DNA of 64,000 nt from contig DASYEW010000047.1 of assembly GCA_036498785.1 (NCBI GenBank), positions 86,008 to 150,007 of the forward strand, read 5' to 3'. Below, piece after piece: positions 28,614 to 36,643 of the stretch (position 1 is the first letter of the stretch; each line of letters starts with the position of its first letter). The position numbers and the translations under genes were made by a program. This DNA comes from Steroidobacteraceae bacterium (lineage in GTDB: Bacteria; Pseudomonadota; Gammaproteobacteria; Steroidobacterales; Steroidobacteraceae). Below the pieces are notes generated by a model. The model had not been told where the DNA came from, did no database searches, and worked only from the letters and a program-made list of their open reading frames with translations.

Positions 28614-28669
28614 GGTTAGGGGTTAGCGGTTAGCGGTTAGCGGTTGGGGGTTGGGGGTTGGGGGTTGGC
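28614..28669. repeat. Heptamer tandem repeat GGTTRGS x8 (G-rich on + strand)
   Basis: GGTTAGG, GGTTAGC x3, GGTTGGG x3, GGTTGGC, all contiguous. Starts 14 nt upstream of the AhpD-like start codon and lies 31 nt downstream of the oxygenase stop. Confidence 0.95.
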
Positions 28670-28699
28670 GCAGTTGTACGCGCGGATGGATGGCGAATC

Positions 28700-29650
28700 T
28701 CAATGTCTGCGGTAATGGTCGATCTGGTGATACTCGCCGTCGTTGGCGTAGTCGCCAGCCGCACGGCGGGCGCGAAATTCCCCCCAGTTGATGGAGCGAT
28801 AGCGCGGCGGGTGCCGAGCATCGATAGTCGATGGCAGCGGCGCGTAGTTGGCGCTGTAAGTCGGGTTGAGAAAGAAGGCGATGCTGAAGCGCTCGGCATC
28901 GGCATTCGCCAATCCACGATGCAGCGCCGCACGGTAGCGATCGTTCGACCAGACCTGGGCGATGTCTCCGATATTGACGACGAATGCGTCCTGACGCGGC
29001 TCGATAAGTTGCCACTTGCCAGCGTTGAACACTTCCAGACCTGGCTGTTCATCCTGCAGTAGCAACGTGATAGCGCCGGCATCGGTGTGTTGATTGACAC
29101 CAAGGTAGCCTTCCTTCGCCACGCACAGATCCGTCGGCCGCTGTGGAGTCGGGCATTTCGGGTAATAGTTCAAGCGCAGGAAGCTCGTATGCGACGGCCC
29201 GAAGTGCTCGTCGAGAGAATCCCCCGGCATGCCAAGATTGATCGACATCGCTCGTAGCAGGCGCTGTGCCACCTCGCTGCAGGCGGCGTAGAACAACTGA
29301 ATGGCCGGCTTGAACAAAGGCAACGCAGCTGGCCACTGCGGCGTAAGGGCGCCACCGTCGGGAGGACCGTAGTCATAGATCTGCTTCCAGTCTTGCGTAT
29401 TCCGTGTCAGCTCGCGGTCGTAGAAACCCCACGGATTCTCTGCTGTCCGCACGATCTGCTGTTTGTCCACGAGCGGTTGTGCGAAGAACGCACGCATCTG
29501 TGGCCTGAGAGCCGCAATCAACCGCTCCTCAATCCCGTGTCCGACGATCTGGAAAAAGCCCCACTCGCGGCACGCCGTATCGATTGCAGTGCGCGTGCGA
29601 ACCGCATCGATATCGGCAATGTCGATGACGGGCAGATTGGCGCTGCTCAT
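28700..29650 (-). CDS. 2-oxoglutarate/Fe(II)-dependent oxygenase (isopenicillin N synthase family)
   Basis: N-terminal LPVIDIADID...WGFFQIVGHGI. Facial triad HTDAGAITLL...ALHRG. 2OG-binding RFSIAFF. Confidence 0.85.
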   Translation of the reverse strand: MSSANLPVIDIADIDAVRTRTAIDTACREWGFFQIVGHGIEERLIAALRPQMRAFFAQPLVDKQQIVRTAENPWGFYDRELTRNTQDWKQIYDYGPPDGGALTPQWPAALPLFKPAIQLFYAACSEVAQRLLRAMSINLGMPGDSLDEHFGPSHTSFLRLNYYPKCPTPQRPTDLCVAKEGYLGVNQHTDAGAITLLLQDEQPGLEVFNAGKWQLIEPRQDAFVVNIGDIAQVWSNDRYRAALHRGLANADAERFSIAFFLNPTYSANYAPLPSTIDARHPPRYRSINWGEFRARRAAGDYANDGEYHQIDHYRRH

Positions 29651-29679
29651 GCGATGACTGGCTCGGGTGGATGACTGAC

Positions 29680-31167
29680 TCAAGCAGTCTCTCGCGGCTG
29701 CAACCACTTCGGCAGCAGTTCGTAAGGATCGACCTTGGCCGCGAGGTCGAATGCGATGCCGCTGTCGATCAAACGCTCGCGCATCGAGCCGTCACACCAC
29801 GCATCGAACAACTCCGTACAGCCGCCCATGTGTTCGCCGCCGATGAAGATCTGCGGAATGGTCCGTGAGCCGGTGCGTTCGGCCAGCACCGCACGAATCC
29901 TGCCGCCCAAGTCGCCGTTCTGGTACTCGACCGAATCGAGGTTGACGCTGCGATAGGCAATGCCGAGCTGTGTCAGCATCTTTCGCACCGACCAACAGAA
30001 TTCACACCACTCCAGCGCGAACACCACGACAGGCTCGTCGTGGACGATCTGCTCGACCAGGTGCTGTGCGTCGATATCGATCGCGATCTGCGGCAACTGA
30101 GCTGGCGAAGTTGTTGCAGGTTGGGCATCGAACCGGCATCCCGGTGTCGACCTGGACAAGACCAGTTCGTCGGCGGTCATGTCCTCGCCGATGTCCGCAA
30201 ACAACGGCGTCGTCATGTAACGCTCACCGGTATCGGGCAACATGCATACGATGTTCGTTCCGGGAGGCGAACGACGCGCCACGGCAAGCGCAGCAGCGAG
30301 CGTTGCACCACTCGAAGTACCCACGAAAATGCCTTCCTGCCGCGCGAGCTCACGCGCCAGCCGCAGCGCATCCTCACCAGCAACCGGCACGATCTCGTCG
30401 ATGAAACCGGCCGCCACCGCGTCTTCGGTCAATCGCGAAATGAAATCAGGCGCCCAGCCCTGCATCAGGTGCGGTCGGAATAGCGGGTGACTTGCCAATG
30501 GCGTGCCGCTCGCGTCGCGCAGTTGCGGGATACCGCTGCCGAGCATCTGGGCGTTGTCCGGTTCGGCTGCAACGATCCTGGTCGCAGGCCGCATCTGTCT
30601 CAATACGCGGGCAACCCCCTTCAGCGTTCCACCGGTGCCAAAGCCGGTCACCCAGTAGTCGAGCTGTTCGCCGGCGAAGTCAGCCAGTATTTCCTGTGCG
30701 GTAGTACGTGAATGCACGTCGGCGTTGGCTTCGTTCTCGAACTGCCGGCACAGATACCAGCCGTGTGCCTGTGCCAGTTCGACCGCCTTCGCCAACATTC
30801 CGCTGCCCTTCTCGGAAGCCGGCGTCAGTACGACTTTGGCACCGAGGAAGCGCAACAGCTTGCGTCGCTCGATACTGAAACTCTCCGCCATCGTAACGAC
30901 CAGCGGATAGCCCTTCTGCGCGCAGACCATCGCGAGACCGATGCCGGTATTGCCGCTGGTGGCCTCGATCACGGTCTGCCCCGGTTTGAGCGCGCCACTG
31001 CGTTCTGCGCTTTCGATGACCGCACGGGCCATACGGTCCTTGACCGAACCCATCGGATTGAACGCCTCGATCTTGACGTAGACATTCACTGCGTCAGGCG
31101 CGAGCCGGTTCAGGCGAACCAACGGGGTATTACCGATCGTTTCGAGGATATTGTCGTAGCGGGCCAT
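29680..31167 (-). CDS. Cysteine synthase/CBS-like PLP enzyme fused to a C-terminal CxxC glutaredoxin domain
   Basis: MARYDNILETIGNTPLV, PLP lysine in NPMGSVKDRMA, TSGNTGIGLA, GFGTGGT. After a ~45-aa linker comes VVVFALEWCEFCWSV...RTIPQIFIGGEHMGGCTELF (Grx fold). The upstream part of ORF 29680..31434 is repeat read-through. Confidence 0.8.
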   Translation of the reverse strand: MARYDNILETIGNTPLVRLNRLAPDAVNVYVKIEAFNPMGSVKDRMARAVIESAERSGALKPGQTVIEATSGNTGIGLAMVCAQKGYPLVVTMAESFSIERRKLLRFLGAKVVLTPASEKGSGMLAKAVELAQAHGWYLCRQFENEANADVHSRTTAQEILADFAGEQLDYWVTGFGTGGTLKGVARVLRQMRPATRIVAAEPDNAQMLGSGIPQLRDASGTPLASHPLFRPHLMQGWAPDFISRLTEDAVAAGFIDEIVPVAGEDALRLARELARQEGIFVGTSSGATLAAALAVARRSPPGTNIVCMLPDTGERYMTTPLFADIGEDMTADELVLSRSTPGCRFDAQPATTSPAQLPQIAIDIDAQHLVEQIVHDEPVVVFALEWCEFCWSVRKMLTQLGIAYRSVNLDSVEYQNGDLGGRIRAVLAERTGSRTIPQIFIGGEHMGGCTELFDAWCDGSMRERLIDSGIAFDLAAKVDPYELLPKWLQPRETA

Positions 31168-31326
31168 GGCGATCTCGGGTGGCTGTGAATCTGGAGTGAA
31201 TCTGAGTTCTGGCCCATCCTGAGGGTCGCGCGTGGTAGCCAGCGTGGAAATGGCCATGGTTTTTACCGCCACGCACCTTCCACCGAATCCCGCACCTTCA
31301 CACCAATCCAACACCTCCTTTCTCAT

Positions 31327-31379
31327 CCCCGTCACCCGTGTCACTCCTGTCACACTTGTCACCCCGTGACTCCTGTCAC
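31327..31379. repeat. ~9-bp tandem repeat NNNNGTCAC x6 in a divergent promoter region
   Basis: CCCCGTCAC CCGTGTCAC TCCTGTCAC ACTTGTCAC CCCGTGAC TCCTGTCAC. Confidence 0.9.
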
Positions 31380-31520
31380 TTCTTCCCGCACCGCAACACC
31401 CACCCCAAACGAAAAATTCCACGCCTGCTCCCACGCTGGCTCTAACGATCGACCTTCATTCTTGCGCCGTCGCCGGTCACCCGACCGGATTCTTATCGCA
31501 GCAAACGGGGAGCAGACGAG

Positions 31521-32087
31521 ATGAACCAGACCGCAACCGCAATCAAGGTCGACAATGGCGTCAACGTGGAGGCGTTGCTGGGCGCCCGCGAGGCACTTAC
31601 TGCAACGCCGGAAGCAGCCCGCTTCAAGTGGCGCGCTACATGCAGCTGGGTCAATGGCACGCACAGCAAATCGACGGTGCAGAGCTTCTTCGGTCTCGGC
31701 GCCGAGCAGACTCACAAGACCGAGTTCCGTTACGACGCCGACCACCCAGAAATCTTCGCCTCCGAGGACAAGGGTGCGACGCCGGTCGAGTACGTGCTGG
31801 TTGGACTGGCTTCGTGCCTGACAGCCGGCATTGCCGCCGTCGCCCAGAATCGCGGGATCCAGCTGCACTCGGTCAAAGCCACGCTCGAAGCCGGCATGGA
31901 CATCCAGGGAATTCTCGGTATCGATGCAGACGTGCGTAACGGCTTCGATGGCATCAAGGTGACGTTCGACATCGATGCAGACGCCTCGAAGGACGACATC
32001 GCCGCGCTGGTCGCCCAGTCGCAGAAGCGCTCCGCTGTCTTCGACATCGTCACCAACCCGACCAATGTCGCGGTCGAGATCCGATGA
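31521..32087 (+). CDS. OsmC/Ohr-family peroxiredoxin-like protein
   Basis: 188 aa. GATPVEYVLVGLASCLTAG and KRSAVFDIV are typical of the OsmC family. Confidence 0.85.
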   Translation: MNQTATAIKVDNGVNVEALLGAREALTATPEAARFKWRATCSWVNGTHSKSTVQSFFGLGAEQTHKTEFRYDADHPEIFASEDKGATPVEYVLVGLASCLTAGIAAVAQNRGIQLHSVKATLEAGMDIQGILGIDADVRNGFDGIKVTFDIDADASKDDIAALVAQSQKRSAVFDIVTNPTNVAVEIR

Positions 32088-33445
32088 TTCACGAGGCCCT
32101 GCGCCGCGAACCGCTAGCCGGCACCGTTGACGTCGTCGTCATCGGTGCCGGCCATGCGGGACTCGCGATGAGCCGGTGCCTGTCGCAACGCTCGATCGAC
32201 CACGTCATCCTGGAACGCGGCGAGGTCGCCAACTCCTGGCGGCACGAACGCTGGGACTCGTTGCGACTGCTGACGCCGAACTGGCAGAGCCGCTTGCCCG
32301 ACTATGGTTATACCGGGCCCGATCGCGACGGCTACATGACCATGCCCGAGGTCGTTGCGTTCATCGAGCAGTACGCGAAAGTCATCGACGCGCCGGTGCG
32401 CACCGGGACGACCGTAACATCGGTCGCCCCGACCGACCGTGGCTATCGTGTCGTAACTGACAAGGGGCAATGGCGTTGCCGCGTCGTCGTCGCAGCAAGT
32501 GGGGCAAACAGCATTCCGTCCGTCCCAACGCTCGGCGCAGCTGTGCCGAAATCCGTGCAGACGCTGACTGCAAAGGACTATCGCCACCCGGGTCAACTCG
32601 ACGATCGCGGTGTACTCATCGTCGGCGCATCCGCGACCGGCTTGCAGCTTGCCGATGAAATCAGCCGCTCAGGACGCCTGGTGACGCTCGCCGTCGGTGA
32701 ACACATCCGCATGCCACGTGTTTATCGGGGCATGGATATCCAATGGTGGCTCGATGCGCTGGGTATTCTCGATGAGCGCTACGACAAAGTGGATGACATC
32801 GCCAGGGCCCGCGCCCTGCCCTCCCCGCAACTGGTCGGCACGTCGCAACGCGAGACGCTCGACTTGAATGCGCTGAGGCAGCGCGGTGTCGAGATGGTCG
32901 GCCGCCTCGTCGGTGTCGACGCCGGCAAGGTGCAGTTCTCCGGCTCGCTGCGCAGTCACTGCGCAATGGCGGATCTGAAGCTCCGACGCCTGCTCGACAG
33001 AGGCGATATTTGGGCGAAGCGATGCCGCAAGAGCACACTGCCACCGCCGCAGCGATACGCCGCAACTCACGTTGAGGATTCGCCACGGCTGCAACTGGAT
33101 CTGGCCAGGAACAGGATCGGCAGCGTTATCTGGGCGACGGGTTTCAGACCTGACTACACATGGCTGCATGTACCAGTGTTCGATCGCATGGGCCGCCTGC
33201 GTCACGACGGTGGCATCGTCGATGCGCCCGGCCTGTATGTACTGGGGCTCAACTTCCTGCGCCGGCGCAAGTCGAGCTTCATCCATGGCGCCGAGGACGA
33301 CGTGCGCGACCTGAGCTTCCACTTGGCAACGTATCTGCGCCGACAGCGGGCCAGCAGGCCGTGGCCGCAGCGAGCTGAAGAATTCGCCGAGGACGAATCT
33401 GCGACAGCACCGGCGAGGTATCACCAATCGCAATGTGTCATGTGA
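32084..33445 (+). CDS. FAD/NAD(P)-dependent oxidoreductase (flavin monooxygenase/CzcO-like)
   Basis: VDVVVIGAGHAGLAMS dinucleotide motif and a second motif LIVGASATGLQLA. The start ATG overlaps the OsmC stop (ATGA). Confidence 0.8.
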   Translation: MIHEALRREPLAGTVDVVVIGAGHAGLAMSRCLSQRSIDHVILERGEVANSWRHERWDSLRLLTPNWQSRLPDYGYTGPDRDGYMTMPEVVAFIEQYAKVIDAPVRTGTTVTSVAPTDRGYRVVTDKGQWRCRVVVAASGANSIPSVPTLGAAVPKSVQTLTAKDYRHPGQLDDRGVLIVGASATGLQLADEISRSGRLVTLAVGEHIRMPRVYRGMDIQWWLDALGILDERYDKVDDIARARALPSPQLVGTSQRETLDLNALRQRGVEMVGRLVGVDAGKVQFSGSLRSHCAMADLKLRRLLDRGDIWAKRCRKSTLPPPQRYAATHVEDSPRLQLDLARNRIGSVIWATGFRPDYTWLHVPVFDRMGRLRHDGGIVDAPGLYVLGLNFLRRRKSSFIHGAEDDVRDLSFHLATYLRRQRASRPWPQRAEEFAEDESATAPARYHQSQCVM

Positions 33446-34703
33446 CGTTCTGGACCGGCTCTTGTTCGCGCTCTCGTTCATGCTCTGCGGCGTAGTCGCG
33501 ACGGGGTAACAGGAACGGAGTGGCCAGCATCAGGGCGCCGGCAACCGCGATCGCAGCGCGTGGGCCCGTGATACCAGCGAGCAAACCCCACAGCGCAGTC
33601 AGGATCGCGATGGTGATCTTACTGGAGACCGACCACGCGGACAGGGTGCGGGCAACGCGGTCCGTATCTGTTTGTTGTAGTTGGTAAGTGGCGAACACCG
33701 GGCTGAACACACCCATGCAGGTGACCAGGCCGAACTGCACCACGATGACGAGCACGATCCCGGCAATGCCCGGGCCGATGAAAGCCAACCCGAGCGACCA
33801 GCACGCACGCAGCGTACCGGCCGTGATCATGACCCTGTGCTGTCCGTATCGCGCGACGAGTGGGCGAGCCAGTCGTGAGCCGATGAGGCCGCCGACGCAG
33901 GGTGCACCGAAAGCGAGACCGTATTGCCAGGGCGCGAACCCGAGGCGGCCCAGCATGAGGACCGCCAGCAACGGGGCGGTTGCCAGGATCAGGCCATTGA
34001 CCAGGATCGTGTTGAAGAACAGTGGACGCAGCGCCGAATGGGTCAGGATGTACCGCCATCCGTCGAGCAGGTCGCGACTTCGCAGCCGCGGTGCATCGGG
34101 TCGCACGGGAGGCGCCTCTCTGCCGCCGATTGCGCGGATCCCTACCGCCGAGAGCAGGTAGCTGAGCGCGTTAGCGACTGAGGTCGTCACCGGACCGAAT
34201 AGTCCGATCGCGAGCCCGCCGAGCGGCGGCCCGAGCGCAACGGCAGTCCAGGTCGTGGCCTCGAACCGCCCGTTCGCGACGAGCAGATCCTCCGAACGTA
34301 CCAACGCTTTCAGGCATGCACCGCTAGCCGCTTTGAAGGCGATATCGGCAGCAGCGACGATTACCGACACGACCAGGAGCTGCGCGAAGCTGAGCCAGCC
34401 GAACGCGAAAGCGGCAGGGACACTCATTACCGCTGCGAAGCGAATCAGGTCCATCGCCACCATCACCGGGCGCTTGCGGCGAAATTCCACCCACGGGCCA
34501 AACGGCACAGCCACCGCCGCCCCGATCGCCAGCCCGGCTGCTGCCAGCAGCGACACTTCGGTAGGCCCGGAGTGCAACACGAGGATCGCGATCAACGGGA
34601 ACGCGTCGAACGCAACATACGTGCCGACGGTACTGACCGCATACGCCGCCCAAAGCCATCCGAACTGTCGCCCCAGCGACCGCCTGCCTGACATGCCCAG
34701 CAC
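33438..34703 (-). CDS. MFS transporter
   Basis: 421 aa with ~12 TM helices and an N-terminus FGWLWAAYAVSTVGTYVAFDAFPLIAILVL resembling EntS-type exporters. Confidence 0.8.
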   Translation of the reverse strand: MLGMSGRRSLGRQFGWLWAAYAVSTVGTYVAFDAFPLIAILVLHSGPTEVSLLAAAGLAIGAAVAVPFGPWVEFRRKRPVMVAMDLIRFAAVMSVPAAFAFGWLSFAQLLVVSVIVAAADIAFKAASGACLKALVRSEDLLVANGRFEATTWTAVALGPPLGGLAIGLFGPVTTSVANALSYLLSAVGIRAIGGREAPPVRPDAPRLRSRDLLDGWRYILTHSALRPLFFNTILVNGLILATAPLLAVLMLGRLGFAPWQYGLAFGAPCVGGLIGSRLARPLVARYGQHRVMITAGTLRACWSLGLAFIGPGIAGIVLVIVVQFGLVTCMGVFSPVFATYQLQQTDTDRVARTLSAWSVSSKITIAILTALWGLLAGITGPRAAIAVAGALMLATPFLLPRRDYAAEHEREREQEPVQNVT

Positions 34704-34861
34704 ACCGCCCGTCCGTATCGATCCAGCAACTCAACCAGCAACCTCGCCAGCAGTCTCACTGCTGACCGGCGCGATAGTAGCGAGCAATGAGCCAGCAGAT
34801 CCAAATATCCGCTGGCCTCGAATTGCGGCGACATCGAACTACGGGGCACATGGGTGGGTGG

Positions 34862-34895
34862 CCGGGGCGCAGTGATCGATACCACTGCGCCCCGG
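34862..34895 (-). terminator. Perfect 13-bp-stem hairpin downstream of the amidase gene
   Basis: CCGGGGCGCAGTG, loop ATCGATAC, CACTGCGCCCCGG. Lies 62 nt beyond the amidase stop on the minus strand. No U-tract. Confidence 0.55.
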
Positions 34896-34956
34896 TCAGC
34901 AAGAACATCAAGCATCGCGACAGCGGGTCAACCCCGCAGACATCCGAATCCCGCTG

Positions 34957-36603
34957 CTAGTTCGGAATCTCGATCGTTGCATCCTTCAGTGCAGGCGTGT
35001 GAACCGGCCGTCTGCGCGCATGAGTCGCCTGCTCGAAGCTGTAACCCAGCGCGAACAGCTTGGGTTCGCTGAAAGCCAGCCCGAAGAATGAAATACCCAC
35101 CGGCAACCCATTGCCCGTGAAGCCCGCCGGCACGATCAGATCGGGAAAGCCGGTGAGATTCGCGATGCTGGTGGCCGAGCGCGTGGGATGTACTCCACCC
35201 GACGGCGGAGCCGCAGCGCCGGACGGAGTAGCTTCGATCAACCCCGGTCGACGCGGCGAGGTGGGGTACACGATGGCGTCGAGTTTTTCAGCGGCGAACA
35301 TCCCTTCCACCAATGCACGCATCATCGGCAACCCATAGTCGCGTGCCACGACGTAGTGATAATCGGTGAGCGGCGGAGACTTCACGACATCCTCGAAATC
35401 GGCCCAGCGCACCGGATTCGGACCCACTTCATCGCCCCGGACCGAATTGAAGCTGTAGGAACGCTGCAGCAGTTCCTCCATCGACTTCGGATATTTCGGA
35501 CCGGTCTTGGTGGCCAGGTAGTCGCTGAGCTGCACTTTGAATTCCGGGTTCAGCACCGTCATGAAGACGCCGCCGATGTCGTCGAACAGGTTCGAGAGGA
35601 ACCAGGTGGGAAAGCGCACTTCGACCACGGTGGCACCGGCTTTCTGCATCGCGATGATGGCGGCGTTCACCGTCCAGTCGACGTCGGGATCGAAGCCGGT
35701 GAAATCGCGGGCGATGCCGATGCGCGCACCCTTCAGTGCATCCGCTTTGAGGAACTTCGTGTAGTCAGGCTGAATCTTCCCCGCACTCTTCTTGGTGGCG
35801 GCATCGCCCGGATCGACACCGGTCATGACGCTGAGCATCGCTGCCGCATCGGCGACATTGCGCGTCATGGGACCGCCGGTATCGAAACTCAGTGACAGCG
35901 GAATGATCCCGTTGCGACTCAGCAATCCATGCGTTGGCTTCAGACCGACGATGCCATTCGCCGTGGAAGGTCCGCGAATGGACCCGCCGGTATCGGTACC
36001 CATGCCCAACGGAGCGTAACCGGCGGCGATTGCCACGCCGGTGCCGCTGGAGGAGCCGGCAGGAGAGCGGTTCAGGTCGTGCGGATTCAGCGACTGCCCG
36101 CCGAGGGAGCTGCGGTTCGGCGGCGAAGCAAACTCGGACATGTTCGCCTTACCGAGAATGATCGCGCCCGCGGCCCGCAGTTTCTGTACCACGAATGCAT
36201 CGTCCGGCGGAATCGAGCCTTCTAGCAGCACCGAGCCACCGGTAGTCTGCATGTCATCGGTATCGTAGTTGTCCTTGAGGATCACCGGAATGCCATGCAG
36301 CGGTGAACGCGGACCCTTCGCCTTGCGCTCGGCATCCAGCGCGCGTGCGGTTTCCAGCGCTTTCGGATTGATAGTGATCATGGCATGCAGCGACGGCCCC
36401 TGACGGTCGTAGGCCTGGATGCGCGCGATGCACAGTTCCACCAGCTTCTCGGATGTCAGCGTTCCGGCCTTGAAGGCCGCATCGAGCTCGGCGACGCTCG
36501 CCTGGTCGAAATCGACGGGCTTGGCTGCCACCGTCTGCGTTGTCAGCGCGGCCGCGAGCACCAGCGCCGCGGCCAGGCGGCCGGCGTGTTTTTTTTGGAT
36601 CAT
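34957..36603 (-). CDS. Amidase-signature (AS) family amidase, secreted
   Basis: Signal MIQKKHAGRLAAALVLAAALTTQTVAA. AS motif GSSSGTGVAIAAGYAPLGMGTDTGGSIRGPS. Confidence 0.9.
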   Translation of the reverse strand: MIQKKHAGRLAAALVLAAALTTQTVAAKPVDFDQASVAELDAAFKAGTLTSEKLVELCIARIQAYDRQGPSLHAMITINPKALETARALDAERKAKGPRSPLHGIPVILKDNYDTDDMQTTGGSVLLEGSIPPDDAFVVQKLRAAGAIILGKANMSEFASPPNRSSLGGQSLNPHDLNRSPAGSSSGTGVAIAAGYAPLGMGTDTGGSIRGPSTANGIVGLKPTHGLLSRNGIIPLSLSFDTGGPMTRNVADAAAMLSVMTGVDPGDAATKKSAGKIQPDYTKFLKADALKGARIGIARDFTGFDPDVDWTVNAAIIAMQKAGATVVEVRFPTWFLSNLFDDIGGVFMTVLNPEFKVQLSDYLATKTGPKYPKSMEELLQRSYSFNSVRGDEVGPNPVRWADFEDVVKSPPLTDYHYVVARDYGLPMMRALVEGMFAAEKLDAIVYPTSPRRPGLIEATPSGAAAPPSGGVHPTRSATSIANLTGFPDLIVPAGFTGNGLPVGISFFGLAFSEPKLFALGYSFEQATHARRRPVHTPALKDATIEIPN

Positions 36604-36643
36604 CGTCTTACTCCACCCATTGAAATAATCTGCGTGCGAAAGC

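Noticed and set aside
29680-31434. Longer 584-aa version of the CysK-Grx ORF with an N-terminal VTSVTGVTRVTG segment.
   Set aside because: The extension is a translation of the GTCAC tandem repeat and promoter region. CysK homologues start at the MARYDNILETIGNTPLV-type N-terminus, so the start is set at 31167.
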